Shown here one piece after another: positions 28,301-36,332 of a stretch of 64,000 bases of DNA. The DNA comes from Bacteroidota bacterium (GTDB lineage Bacteria; Bacteroidota; Bacteroidia; Chitinophagales; LD1). Each line of letters starts with the position of its first letter. The stretch's first letter is position 1. The DNA lies in the NCBI GenBank assembly GCA_947479455.1, contig CANJZE010000003.1, positions 20,956-84,955 on the forward strand, given 5' to 3'. Position numbers and translations under genes: made by a program. Under the pieces are notes generated by a model, which worked only from the letters and a program-made list of their open reading frames with translations, was not told where the DNA came from and did no database searches.

Positions 28301-30144
28301 TATTTTCCGAAATGTTTCCGCAAAACTCTGCTCGGGTAGCTAAGCAAAAACAGGCACCGCTTCGTGTAATCATGGGGAATCCGCCTTATTCTGTTGGACA
28401 GAAATCTGCTAATGATAATGCACAAAATCAGAGTTATAGAAAATTAGATAATCGAATTGCAGAAACCTATGTAGCTCTAACGGATGCAACTAATAAAAAC
28501 TCTTTATATGATTCTTACATAAAGGCATTTCGTTGGAGTACTGACCGATTAGATAAAAATGGTGGCATTATATGTTTTGTTTCAAATGGTGCATGGGTCG
28601 AAGGAAACAGCGCGGACGGTTTTCGTAAATCATTGGAAAAAGAATTCAGTTCTATTTATGTTTTCAATCTAAGAGGGAACGCAAGAACGAGTGGAGAACT
28701 TAGACAGAGAGAAGCAGGAAACGTATTTGGTGGTGGTTCTCGTACACCCATTGCTATAACTTTATTGGTAAAAAAGCCTGAATCAAAAAAACTAAAAGCA
28801 AGCATTCATTACCACGACATTGGAGATTACTTAAATCGTGAAGATAAATTAAAAGTTATAAAGGACTTTGGAACCGTTTTAAACGAAAATATTCAATGGA
28901 AACAACTGCAACCAAATGAGTTTGGTGATTGGATTAGTGTTAGAAACGAGGCTTTTTCACAGTTTATCCCCTTAGACGCAGAAAAGAAATTTAACCAAAA
29001 CTCTAAGTCATTTTTTATTGCTTATTCAAGAGGCAACGCATCATCGGCAGATGCGTGGGTTTATAATTATTCAAAACATTTGTTAGTCGAGAATGTAAAT
29101 TATACAATCTCCCATTATAATGAACAAAGGATTCTAATAAACAAAAAAAAGCAAAAAGAACCTATCAGAGATTCTACAAAAGGAAATTGGACAAGGGATT
29201 GGCTAAATCAATTACAAAAGAACAAAGAACTAAAGTTGAAGGAATGTGAGTATAGGATTGGTTCTTACCGACCTTTTGCAAAAACCAATCTTTATTTTGG
29301 TGATGAACTCAACCAAGAACGGTATTTACTCCCGAAATTACTTCCTAAAAAAAATTTAACCAACTTAGTAATATCTGTTTCTCAACGTTATACCGATGGA
29401 ACCGTTCTAATTACAGACAATATTCCTGACTTACATTTTAATGGTGATACACAGGCGTTCCCACTATATTATTATGAAGAACGGGAGATGCAAAATAAAG
29501 GATTGTTTGATGAAAGTGGTGAGAGTGAGTATATCCGTAGAGATGGAGTAAGTGATTTTATTTTGGAGCGCGCCAAAAAGAATTACGGCAAAACCGTAAA
29601 CAAAGAAGATATTTTCTATTACGTGTATGGCTTTTTGCATAGCCCCGAATATCGCTTAACTTATGCGAATGATTTAAAGAAAATGATGCCCCGATTACCG
29701 TTAGTAGAAGATGTAAGGGATTTTTGGAAGTTCAGTAAGGCAGGCAGAGCATTATCAGAGTTACATATCAATTACGAAACAGTTCCTGCCTATCGAGGCG
29801 TAATTGTAACAGGAGCAGATAGTGGTTTTTACACCGTAGAGAAAATGCGATTTCCGAAGAAAGACCAAAAGGATACGATTATTTACAACAGCAAAATCAC
29901 CATTTCAAACATACCTGCAAAAGCATACGAGTATGTTGTAAATGGTAAAAGTGCAATTGAATGGATTATGGAACGTTATGCCGTAACCACTCATAAAGAA
30001 AGCGGTATCAAAAACGACCCGAACGATTGGGCAGCAGAAGTGGGTAATCCGAAATATATTTTAGACCTGCTGTTAAGCATCATCAACGTGAGTATGCAAA
30101 CAGTGGAAATTGTTGAAGGATTGCCGAAGGTGAAGTTTGAATAA
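25321..30144 (+). CDS. Type ISP restriction-modification enzyme (Mrr-like nuclease, SF2 ATPase, N6-adenine methyltransferase, TRD in one 1607-aa polypeptide)
   Basis: N-terminal Mrr-type motif GIDLVAL...YWAIQCKC. Helicase motif I MACGTGKTF, motif II IICDEAHRTTG and motif VI-like QSVGRVMR. MTase motif I LDPFTGTGTF and motif IV VIMGNPPYS, followed by a ~550-aa C-terminal region. Domain order and size match LlaGI/LlaBIII-type enzymes. Confidence 0.8.
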   Translation: MAITFNQILEKYRKISFSERDKGDRFERLMQAYLLTDPKYSNKLKKVWMWSEFHGKNDLGGGDTGIDLVALTNEGDYWAIQCKCFQESSVIDKPAVDSFLSTSSREFKNEELKTVSFSHRLWISTTNKWGTNATEAIKNQKPPVTRLNLYDLQEAPVDWEKLDKGIHGEASRTPKKTLRLHQKEALDKTHEHFKNAERGKLIMACGTGKTFNSLRIAENETNGKGLILFLVPSIALLGQTLREWSSDANEPINAICICSDPEISRKKTKNEDNDNFSVVDLALPASTNTKDILHQFQRIKTKGNSGLTVVFSTYQSIEVIARAQKELLKNGFSEFDLIICDEAHRTTGVSLAGEDESAFTKVHNNDFIKGKKRLYMTATPRLYNDDTKSKAAQADAVLCSMDDPKLYGEEIYRIGFGEAVERDLLTDYKVLILTLSDKDVPPAVQKMIADKESEINTDDASKLIGCINALSKQILGDEGIIKASDPEPMRRAVAFCSSIAVSKKITATYNTATDAYISSLPTDKKDEMVSVASKHIDGTMSAPERDELLGWLKEDFDNNECRVLTNVRCLSEGVDVPSLDAVMFLSARNSQVDVVQSVGRVMRKSEGKKYGYIIIPVVVPADVEADKALDDNERYRVVWTVLNALRAHDDRFNATVNKIELNKNRPAQILVGRPEYSWEDGKPVSGSNETGTNKDISKQMALQFEQLQHVVFARMVNKVGDRRYWEQWAKSVAEIAERQVERINRLITEDKKHQKAFANFLGGLQKNINPSITQQEAVEMLSQHIITKPVFEALFDGYSFVKNNPISVSMQTMLDLLEEQAIEKDLDVLQKFYDFVKRNAGGIDNAKGKQDIIIRLYDSFFKTAFPKMVEKLGIVYTPTEVVDFIIHSVNDVLKKEFDRSISDENIHILDPFTGTGTFVTRLLQSGLIKKKDLQRKYQNEIHANEIVLLAYYIAAVNIENAYHDAMGEIDYQAFDGICLTDTFQLGESDESEKLFSEMFPQNSARVAKQKQAPLRVIMGNPPYSVGQKSANDNAQNQSYRKLDNRIAETYVALTDATNKNSLYDSYIKAFRWSTDRLDKNGGIICFVSNGAWVEGNSADGFRKSLEKEFSSIYVFNLRGNARTSGELRQREAGNVFGGGSRTPIAITLLVKKPESKKLKASIHYHDIGDYLNREDKLKVIKDFGTVLNENIQWKQLQPNEFGDWISVRNEAFSQFIPLDAEKKFNQNSKSFFIAYSRGNASSADAWVYNYSKHLLVENVNYTISHYNEQRILINKKKQKEPIRDSTKGNWTRDWLNQLQKNKELKLKECEYRIGSYRPFAKTNLYFGDELNQERYLLPKLLPKKNLTNLVISVSQRYTDGTVLITDNIPDLHFNGDTQAFPLYYYEEREMQNKGLFDESGESEYIRRDGVSDFILERAKKNYGKTVNKEDIFYYVYGFLHSPEYRLTYANDLKKMMPRLPLVEDVRDFWKFSKAGRALSELHINYETVPAYRGVIVTGADSGFYTVEKMRFPKKDQKDTIIYNSKITISNIPAKAYEYVVNGKSAIEWIMERYAVTTHKESGIKNDPNDWAAEVGNPKYILDLLLSIINVSMQTVEIVEGLPKVKFE

Positions 30145-30282
30145 AGCATTTGCATCGAAGTTTTATAATTTTGATAAAACGAATAATTGAAATGAAAACA
30201 TAAAAAGGATTACATAAACATATTGCGTACTGCAATCTTCCTCAAGATAAAACCGCGAAATTTTAAGACAGAAGATGAAAGC

Positions 30283-30376
30283 AGAGAACGCGCCCGCTGG
30301 GTGCTTCTCTAATTCATTTCTGTCGGGTGCTTCGCGGTACCTTTCTTGGGGTGATGCGGAGATAGCACCCTTTTTT
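30283..30376 (+). promoter_or_regulatory. GC-rich structured leader with alternative pairings and a terminator-like hairpin plus T6 (attenuator/riboswitch-like or small RNA)
   Basis: Hairpin AGAGAA-C-GCGCCC-GCT-GGGTGC-TTCTCT (30283-30310). A second GGGTGC lies at 30325-30330. GGGTG (30349-30353) pairs with CACCC (30366-30370) and is followed by TTTTTT (30371-30376). The element ends 28 nt before the ATG at 30405. Confidence 0.35.
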
Positions 30377-30404
30377 ATTCACAACATTAAAACAAATAAG
30401 CCCG

Positions 30405-30674
30405 ATGGAAATTAGTAAGCTAAAGATTGACGGGAAGGAATACGTAGGAAAATTTATTCAGAGTGAGCAGTTTGCTGCTTTTCAAATTAAAGAGTTTGAC
30501 AAGGAGCCTAATGAAGACAACTGCTTAAAAGGAATATACCGTCATGGTTCTAAGGGAGAAGAAAAAATATTAAAAATTCGATTCGTAAAGGGTAGTCCTG
30601 TCGGCTTTAGGCTTTACAATAAACGAAACAAAACAAAAAGCAAAACTGCTTGGCATTTTATCAAAGTAGCTTAA
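30405..30674 (+). CDS. Hypothetical 89-aa basic protein
   Basis: ORF only; first of six same-strand small ORFs. Confidence 0.4.
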   Translation: MEISKLKIDGKEYVGKFIQSEQFAAFQIKEFDKEPNEDNCLKGIYRHGSKGEEKILKIRFVKGSPVGFRLYNKRNKTKSKTAWHFIKVA

Positions 30675-30685
30675 TACGTGTCTAA

Positions 30686-31066
30686 ATGAATATTCGTAAC
30701 AATTCCGATTGGGTAGAGATAGCTGATAGCAATTTTCGATACAATGTTCAACTAAATGGCTTTAATATAGATTACGTTCAATATGCAAAAGAAAATCCCG
30801 AAAAAATAATTGGAATTGGGTTTGACATTGAAGGTGATGGTAAAAGCTATAACAAGATAATGAACAATGAAAACAATCGCAATGCAGTTCAAATGCTAAG
30901 TAGGAACAGTGATATATTTTTATTTACAGTTAGCAAGTGGAACATTGAGTATATGCCGAATGGCATCAATCAAACCAATATTTTTCGGTGGGAGGTAACA
31001 AACGATATATCTCGTTTGATTTTTTTAATCCGTGATTTTGCTGAAAGCAATAAGCCAATAGACTAA
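30686..31066 (+). CDS. Hypothetical 126-aa protein
   Basis: ORF only; 11-nt spacing from the previous ORF. Confidence 0.4.
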   Translation: MNIRNNSDWVEIADSNFRYNVQLNGFNIDYVQYAKENPEKIIGIGFDIEGDGKSYNKIMNNENNRNAVQMLSRNSDIFLFTVSKWNIEYMPNGINQTNIFRWEVTNDISRLIFLIRDFAESNKPID

Positions 31067-31077
31067 ACAACATTTAT

Positions 31078-31872
31078 ATGGATTCTCTCGCAGACAAAAA
31101 ATTGGTAGTAGATAAAATTAGAAATTTCGTATTCAATGAAATTCCTCATGCTAAATGGGGAGAAGATAAGCCACAAAGATTTTTGATTTTCAGGACTTTG
31201 CTTGCATTTCCGTTTAGACGACATGAAGGTTCTGTAAATTTGAAATTTACTAATTACAAAGACAAAGGGAATGACGAATGCCTTGAACGTTTTGTTTTAG
31301 TTATTGACGAATCGGAAATCAGATTAAGCTATTCAGACGAGAATGAATATGATAACTATTGCTATCATTTGGAAGGTGACCATGATGATTATAAGGATAT
31401 GGATTGGGAGGAGTGGATTAGACAAGTAGAAGCAGGTCTTGTTGCAAATGAGTTAGAACTTGAGGTTGAAGGTGGTTTGAAATTACTTTCTAAAAAAACG
31501 GGTTATGAATGTTTGCAAGACCGTTATGAATCAGAAGGATTAAAACAAGCAGAATATGACCCAAACTATGCGGATTCTGTAATTACAGAAAGTAATAGCA
31601 ATTATTTTGTTTTTAAAGATAGTAACGGCTACGGAGTTAAGGATGATGTTGGTGATATTCTTGAAGAAGGATTAACAAGCGAACCTGAATATTGGGGTAA
31701 AGAAGTTGATAGAGTGTCTTTTTATATTGGAGATAAAAATCATGATAGAATTTACGATGAGATTGGTGGGGAAGTTATTTGGGGCGACTTCAAAGTAATT
31801 GAAAATAAAGATGAGTATTTAGTTTTAAAAGATATGGACGGATTGGTGTCAAATCTTTATGAAGCAGAATAA
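31078..31872 (+). CDS. Hypothetical 264-aa strongly acidic protein
   Basis: ORF only; rich in D/E (DENEYDNYCYHLEGDHDDYKDMDWEEW). Confidence 0.45.
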   Translation: MDSLADKKLVVDKIRNFVFNEIPHAKWGEDKPQRFLIFRTLLAFPFRRHEGSVNLKFTNYKDKGNDECLERFVLVIDESEIRLSYSDENEYDNYCYHLEGDHDDYKDMDWEEWIRQVEAGLVANELELEVEGGLKLLSKKTGYECLQDRYESEGLKQAEYDPNYADSVITESNSNYFVFKDSNGYGVKDDVGDILEEGLTSEPEYWGKEVDRVSFYIGDKNHDRIYDEIGGEVIWGDFKVIENKDEYLVLKDMDGLVSNLYEAE

Positions 31873-32006
31873 TTGAACTGCTACCTCTTTTAACCAAATA
31901 TGGTTAAGCATGATATTTTTGTCAAGGATTGTCATGGCACATAAACCTCAAAAAAAGTATCATACTTCAAAAAGATATTTCTTAAGTTTGGAATAAATAA
32001 TACAAT

Positions 32007-32324
32007 ATGAAAACACATTATCTGAATGTAGAAAAGGTTTCAAAGTTTGAAGACATCTATAATTTCTTTTATAAAGGTGAAATATCAAATGGAGATGAAG
32101 TTGTTGTTGATGAAGGCACTTCGGGTTACGATTTTGTTCATAGACAAGTGATGTACGGAATTTTCAGAGAAGCCTTGCATCGTAAAAACTATGAAACTCA
32201 ACATTCCTATTACACACCACTTGAATACAAGATTCTTCCACCGTTTTTTGAAACCACGTTTTTCGCAGATACTTTAACGAAGGATACGGGAATTACATTT
32301 AAGGTTGTTAAGGGAAATTCGTAA
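32007..32324 (+). CDS. Hypothetical 105-aa protein
   Basis: ORF only. Confidence 0.4.
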   Translation: MKTHYLNVEKVSKFEDIYNFFYKGEISNGDEVVVDEGTSGYDFVHRQVMYGIFREALHRKNYETQHSYYTPLEYKILPPFFETTFFADTLTKDTGITFKVVKGNS

Positions 32325-32432
32325 ACGTAAATTTCAATTATTCTTATATAAGCTAAAATTTCACGTTCACGAAAAACGCGTTTGAACGCATATTAAATAC
32401 TATAAACTTTTTAAAAATTAAATTTAATAGCA

Positions 32433-32834
32433 ATGAGAAAAATCATTACTAACATCACTATAATAGCAATATCTCTATTGCTTTTTTCCTGTGGCAACGA
32501 CCAGAACAAAAAAGTAATTGGAACACCAATCAAGATGGGCAGTTTTGAAGTTGCCGAAAACGACCTCTCTAAATTGTTTAATTGGAATGAAGGAAAAGGT
32601 GAATGTGTTGCTTTAGGCGATGGATGGAGATTACCTACAAAAGAGGAAATGGAAATAATGCACAACTATCCATCACAAGAGCATCTTGCAAAAAAAATAT
32701 TTGATGATGGCGAATATTGGAGTTCAAATGAAATTGATGACGTTTATGCTTGGTCTATGTATTTGAACGGAGGCAAATCTATTGGAAACGAAAAGACGCA
32801 TGAAAAACTCATTAGACCAGTAAGGTCTTTATAA
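32433..32834 (+). CDS. Lipoprotein with a DUF1566-like (Lcl C-terminal-like) domain
   Basis: Lipobox-like ...LLLFSCGND. The motif pattern GWRLPTKEEME...YWSSNE...AWSMYLNGG...IRPVRSL is typical of DUF1566-family proteins as I recall them. Confidence 0.5.
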   Translation: MRKIITNITIIAISLLLFSCGNDQNKKVIGTPIKMGSFEVAENDLSKLFNWNEGKGECVALGDGWRLPTKEEMEIMHNYPSQEHLAKKIFDDGEYWSSNEIDDVYAWSMYLNGGKSIGNEKTHEKLIRPVRSL

Positions 32835-32893
32835 AGAGCAAATAGGCATTCCTTTGCGGAGCGTTCAACCCGACAGAATAAACAAAATGAGTT

Positions 32894-33217
32894 ATGAGTA
32901 AAGTATTCAACCTACAAGGTCAAGTAGTTGCAACTTATGTGTTTGATAAAGTTTGGAACAAAGATACTTCTGACGGAACGCCTATTGGCAGGTTTGTGTT
33001 TGGTAGAATTTATAACAAAGATAGCACTGACGGAGAACCTATCGGCTATTATGGACTTGGCAAAATTTGGGATAAGGGTAAATCCATTCACCAACCAATC
33101 GGCTCTTACGCCATTGGTAAAATATTCAAGGGTTATCCAAATGGCAAACTTGTAGGAACTTATTCTGGGCATGATGATGGCGCTGCAGCCTCCGCCTATC
33201 TATTGCTATTTAAATAG
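32894..33217 (+). CDS. Small protein built from four ~19-aa internal repeats
   Basis: Repeats are ATYVFDKVWNKDTSDGTPIG / RFVFGRIYNKDSTDGEPIG / YYGLGKIWDKGKSIHQPIG / SYAIGKIFKGYPNGKLVG. Confidence 0.5.
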   Translation: MSKVFNLQGQVVATYVFDKVWNKDTSDGTPIGRFVFGRIYNKDSTDGEPIGYYGLGKIWDKGKSIHQPIGSYAIGKIFKGYPNGKLVGTYSGHDDGAAASAYLLLFK

Positions 33218-33313
33218 CACCTAACAAACGTCCGTTTATTTATCATGGTTGTGACAGGGGAGGTTCCATAGGCAATTACTCGATTTTTTGAAAAACAATT
33301 ATTTGGGGGAGTA

Positions 33314-33928
33314 TTATTTGCTTTCTACTGTATCGGGTAGGTAATCATTGATTTGCCGATAGATACCTTTATCGACATCTTGTTTTTTTCTTTTGCTTGC
33401 TTCACGTAATAGATACCCGCCCGATTTACGCTTCTTAGTGTCTTTACTGTCTTTGGGTCTGCCTAATAACTTGCCTTGATTTTTTGCTCTCCACAAACCT
33501 TCAATTGTTCTTTCTCGAATTAGTTCACGCTCGAATTCTGCAAAGGCGCAAAGAATTTGAAAATGGAGTTTTCCCGATGCAGTAGAAAAATCAAGGTTGT
33601 CGCTTATTGAAATAAACTGAACTCCTTTATCAAGCAATTCTTTTATCTCTGTTATTAACTCTTTTGAACTTCTTGCCCATCGGTCGAGTTTATATACAAC
33701 AACCGCAGAATATACACCTGCCCTTAACCTGGCTAACAATTCTTGCTTAACAGGTCGGGTTTTGCGCGTAGTCATAACTTCTTCAAACAAGTCAAACTCA
33801 CACCCTTTAGTTTTTGCAAATTCGTGAAGACGTAATGTTTGGTTATCTACCGTTTGAGTATCAGTTGAAACTCGGGCGTATAGCGCGATTTTCATGTTAG
33901 CTATATTATCTTGTGTATCGTTTAGCAT
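33314..33928 (-). CDS. Serine recombinase (small resolvase/invertase family)
   Basis: MKIALYARVSTDTQ (catalytic Ser motif), VVVYKLDRWARS, FISISDNLDFST...G. The true start may be the internal ATG at 33895. Confidence 0.85.
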   Translation of the reverse strand: MLNDTQDNIANMKIALYARVSTDTQTVDNQTLRLHEFAKTKGCEFDLFEEVMTTRKTRPVKQELLARLRAGVYSAVVVYKLDRWARSSKELITEIKELLDKGVQFISISDNLDFSTASGKLHFQILCAFAEFERELIRERTIEGLWRAKNQGKLLGRPKDSKDTKKRKSGGYLLREASKRKKQDVDKGIYRQINDYLPDTVESK

Positions 33929-34113
33929 TACGGTCGTTTTATTTGGTCAGATAAGTCTTTATAATTCTTTGCAGTAAACGTAAGTATTTGGAAAAGCCCA
34001 CCCACAACCAAAAGAACGCCTCCGACCAATGCAATTACTTTTATTGTCGTAAACATTTTGCTTTCGCCAAATTCCATGAGCGAATCCTTTAAATTTTCAT
34101 TTCCCTTTGTCAT
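33928..34113 (-). CDS. Small (61 aa) single-TM protein
   Basis: TM segment IKVIALVGGVLLVVGGLFQILTF. It overlaps both neighbouring genes. Confidence 0.4.
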   Translation of the reverse strand: MTKGNENLKDSLMEFGESKMFTTIKVIALVGGVLLVVGGLFQILTFTAKNYKDLSDQIKRP

Positions 34114-34288
34114 AATCGAATGGTTGATTTTTTCTTGTAATGTATAAAAGTGTCATGCCCGCTATTACCATACCTCCGATAAATATCCAATAGCCATTAC
34201 TGTCGTTGCTTTCGTTTCCGTTCGCAGAATTACGCGGGGTGGCACCCGATATTTGAGATGCACCTGCTAATTGAGAAATCTTATTCAT
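34097..34288 (-). CDS. Small (63 aa) single-TM protein
   Basis: The internal ATG at 34286-34288 (MNKISQLAG...) overlaps the stop of the upstream 121-aa ORF by 8 nt. TM segment YWIFIGGMVIAGMTLLYI. Confidence 0.4.
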   Translation of the reverse strand: MNKISQLAGASQISGATPRNSANGNESNDSNGYWIFIGGMVIAGMTLLYITRKNQPFDYDKGK

Positions 34289-34646
34289 AATCACCTCTCT
34301 TAACGATGTAATAATTCGTGTCAATTGAATCTTGCTCAATCGTATAATGGTATATAGATGCTATTAGTTTCCCATTATGCCTCTCATGACTTGTCATTAC
34401 GGTGAAATCGTAGCCACGCCCTCGTAAAAACTCATGATGAAGTCTAATATTACTTCCTCCTTCAAGTGCATTAGTCAGGATACGAAAATTTTTCAATAGA
34501 GGCTTATCAATAACTGCCCGTATCTGTCGGTCTTGCTGTGCGCGAAGGTTATGATATCGAATTCGATTTTTTGCTTCCGAAAATTTTTGTGTAATTCTCT
34601 TAGGAACAAATTTTTCTTTCGTATGTAAATCTTGTCTTGTTTCCAT
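34281..34646 (-). CDS. Hypothetical 121-aa basic protein
   Basis: ORF only; first gene of the minus-strand unit that ends with the serine recombinase. Confidence 0.4.
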   Translation of the reverse strand: METRQDLHTKEKFVPKRITQKFSEAKNRIRYHNLRAQQDRQIRAVIDKPLLKNFRILTNALEGGSNIRLHHEFLRGRGYDFTVMTSHERHNGKLIASIYHYTIEQDSIDTNYYIVKRGDYE

Positions 34647-34915
34647 TTTTTAAATATTAGTGAACGTGCAAAGATACAGGAATATTATCCATATATGCAA
34701 ATAATATATAATGTTATGCATACTATGTGCATTGATAGATTTATACATATTGTGTTGTATGTTTGATTTGTGTTTAATATGTATTGCTAAGTTTTGTACC
34801 CATATTTTATGTGTATTAAATAGCTTTAAGAAAAAAGGATATATAAAGGTATTTAGTAATTATTCTTAATACATAATACATAGTATGTGGAAGAATTCTT
34901 CTACTCCCCCGCGAT

Positions 34916-35665
34916 TCATTTAGCTTCTCTGTCTTCATGATTGTTTCTTGATTCATTTAGGTTATTCATATACTGCTTTATTGAATCCTGTGCCGTTGTT
35001 GCACCCTTAGTCCTGTTAGCCTGTTTTAGTGCATCTGCGGTGTATCCATCCCTTCTAATTGGGTAATTGCTTCTATTGTTTCGCGGTGGTAGTAATTCAA
35101 CAATGGTCGGGTACCCGCCTCCAATAGCCTGTTGGATTATTTTTCCTCTTATCTCATTATAAGACAACTGCGGGTAATTACACTTGCTCCTAAATGCCAA
35201 ACCCTCCAATTTTTTCAAAAACGCTTCGAGTGTTTTTTGTGAATAGATAGGCTTTCGGCTTTGCATTCTATAATCAACAAACTCTATGATTAAATCTCGA
35301 TAGGAAGTATCAATGGCATCAAAATTTAATTCTGTCCTCGTATTCGGGTTTTGGTCTGGTTTGTTATCATTTAACACAGGTTTGAAATTTTGAACAACGA
35401 TATTTAAGTAACGCTTACGACCATCGCTCTTTTTAACCCAAATAAGCCCAAGTTCCTTTAGTTCGCTGACGTATTTACTTATAGTACGACCGCCTACGTT
35501 TAATCGCTTTCCTAATGTTTCGTTGCTTTCAAAACAATCCTTCCCGTTATTTGAATAGCTAAGTATAAGCCCGTACAATAATTTAGAATTTGGGTGCATT
35601 GAGATTTTTAAAATGTGTGTAGGGATAGTTATAAATGTGTCCCTCTTTATTTTGTTTTGTGACAT
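34916..35665 (-). CDS. Winged-helix DNA-binding protein (replication-initiator-like or regulator) of the island
   Basis: wHTH segment ETLGKRLNVGGRTISKYVSELKELGLIWV. It sits directly downstream of the excisionase-type gene (2-nt gap). The function is inferred from context. Confidence 0.5.
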   Translation of the reverse strand: MSQNKIKRDTFITIPTHILKISMHPNSKLLYGLILSYSNNGKDCFESNETLGKRLNVGGRTISKYVSELKELGLIWVKKSDGRKRYLNIVVQNFKPVLNDNKPDQNPNTRTELNFDAIDTSYRDLIIEFVDYRMQSRKPIYSQKTLEAFLKKLEGLAFRSKCNYPQLSYNEIRGKIIQQAIGGGYPTIVELLPPRNNRSNYPIRRDGYTADALKQANRTKGATTAQDSIKQYMNNLNESRNNHEDREAK

Positions 35666-35667
35666 GG

Positions 35668-35976
35668 CTATTTGTTTTTGCGTTTAATTGTTCGAACTGT
35701 ATCCCTAATCTGTTGTTGTCGTCCTGACACAAGCCAATCAAGCAGTTCTTGTCTTATGAAGCGCTTATGCTTACCTATTCTTCGAAAACCGATAAGCCCC
35801 GTATCGGTGTAATAATTGAGTGTGCTTTCGGATAGCTTTAATAATTCAGCCGCTTCTGAAAGTGTTAGTACATCATCGGGATTTGTAGTTGTTTTGATTT
35901 TAGTTACGATGAGTAACTCTTTCATAACTTCTAAAATGCTGTTGAGCATTTCCTTTGGAGTTGTTTGTTCTGTCAT
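35668..35976 (-). CDS. Excisionase-family (MerR-like) helix-turn-helix DNA-binding protein
   Basis: LTLSEAAELLKLSESTLNYYTDTGLIGFRRIGKHKRFIRQELLDWL. Confidence 0.7.
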   Translation of the reverse strand: MTEQTTPKEMLNSILEVMKELLIVTKIKTTTNPDDVLTLSEAAELLKLSESTLNYYTDTGLIGFRRIGKHKRFIRQELLDWLVSGRQQQIRDTVRTIKRKNK

Positions 35977-36260
35977 TATAGTTGGTTTTAACTGTAACAG
36001 AACAAATTGTAAGCCTCAAAAAAATATTATTTATCTTATTTGAATTATGCAATTTATACCTGACATGAAGGACTGACAAAAAAAAATAGTAGTCAAATCG
36101 TCAAGTGATTTCGACTAAAATGTCAGAAATAATTTCCAAATTATGTAGTTGAGTAATTACATGCAAGGTTCCTCTGCGATATTACTTTATACTGTAACTA
36201 TCTGTGCGCATTTGTAAAAAATATTAGGTTTGCCTTGCTATCAACTGGATGTTCTGTTTA

Positions 36261-36286
36261 TAAATGTTTGACCAAATCAACGACCA
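36261..36286 (+). repeat. 26-bp perfect direct repeat, copy 2 (candidate arm-type recombinase site)
   Basis: TAAATGTTTGACCAAATCAACGACCA, identical to 17413-17438. It lies 46 nt upstream of the tRNA. Confidence 0.85.
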
Positions 36287-36332
36287 TCTTTTCTTCAATT
36301 GCAGAAAGATGTAGTGATTTTACCTATGAAAA

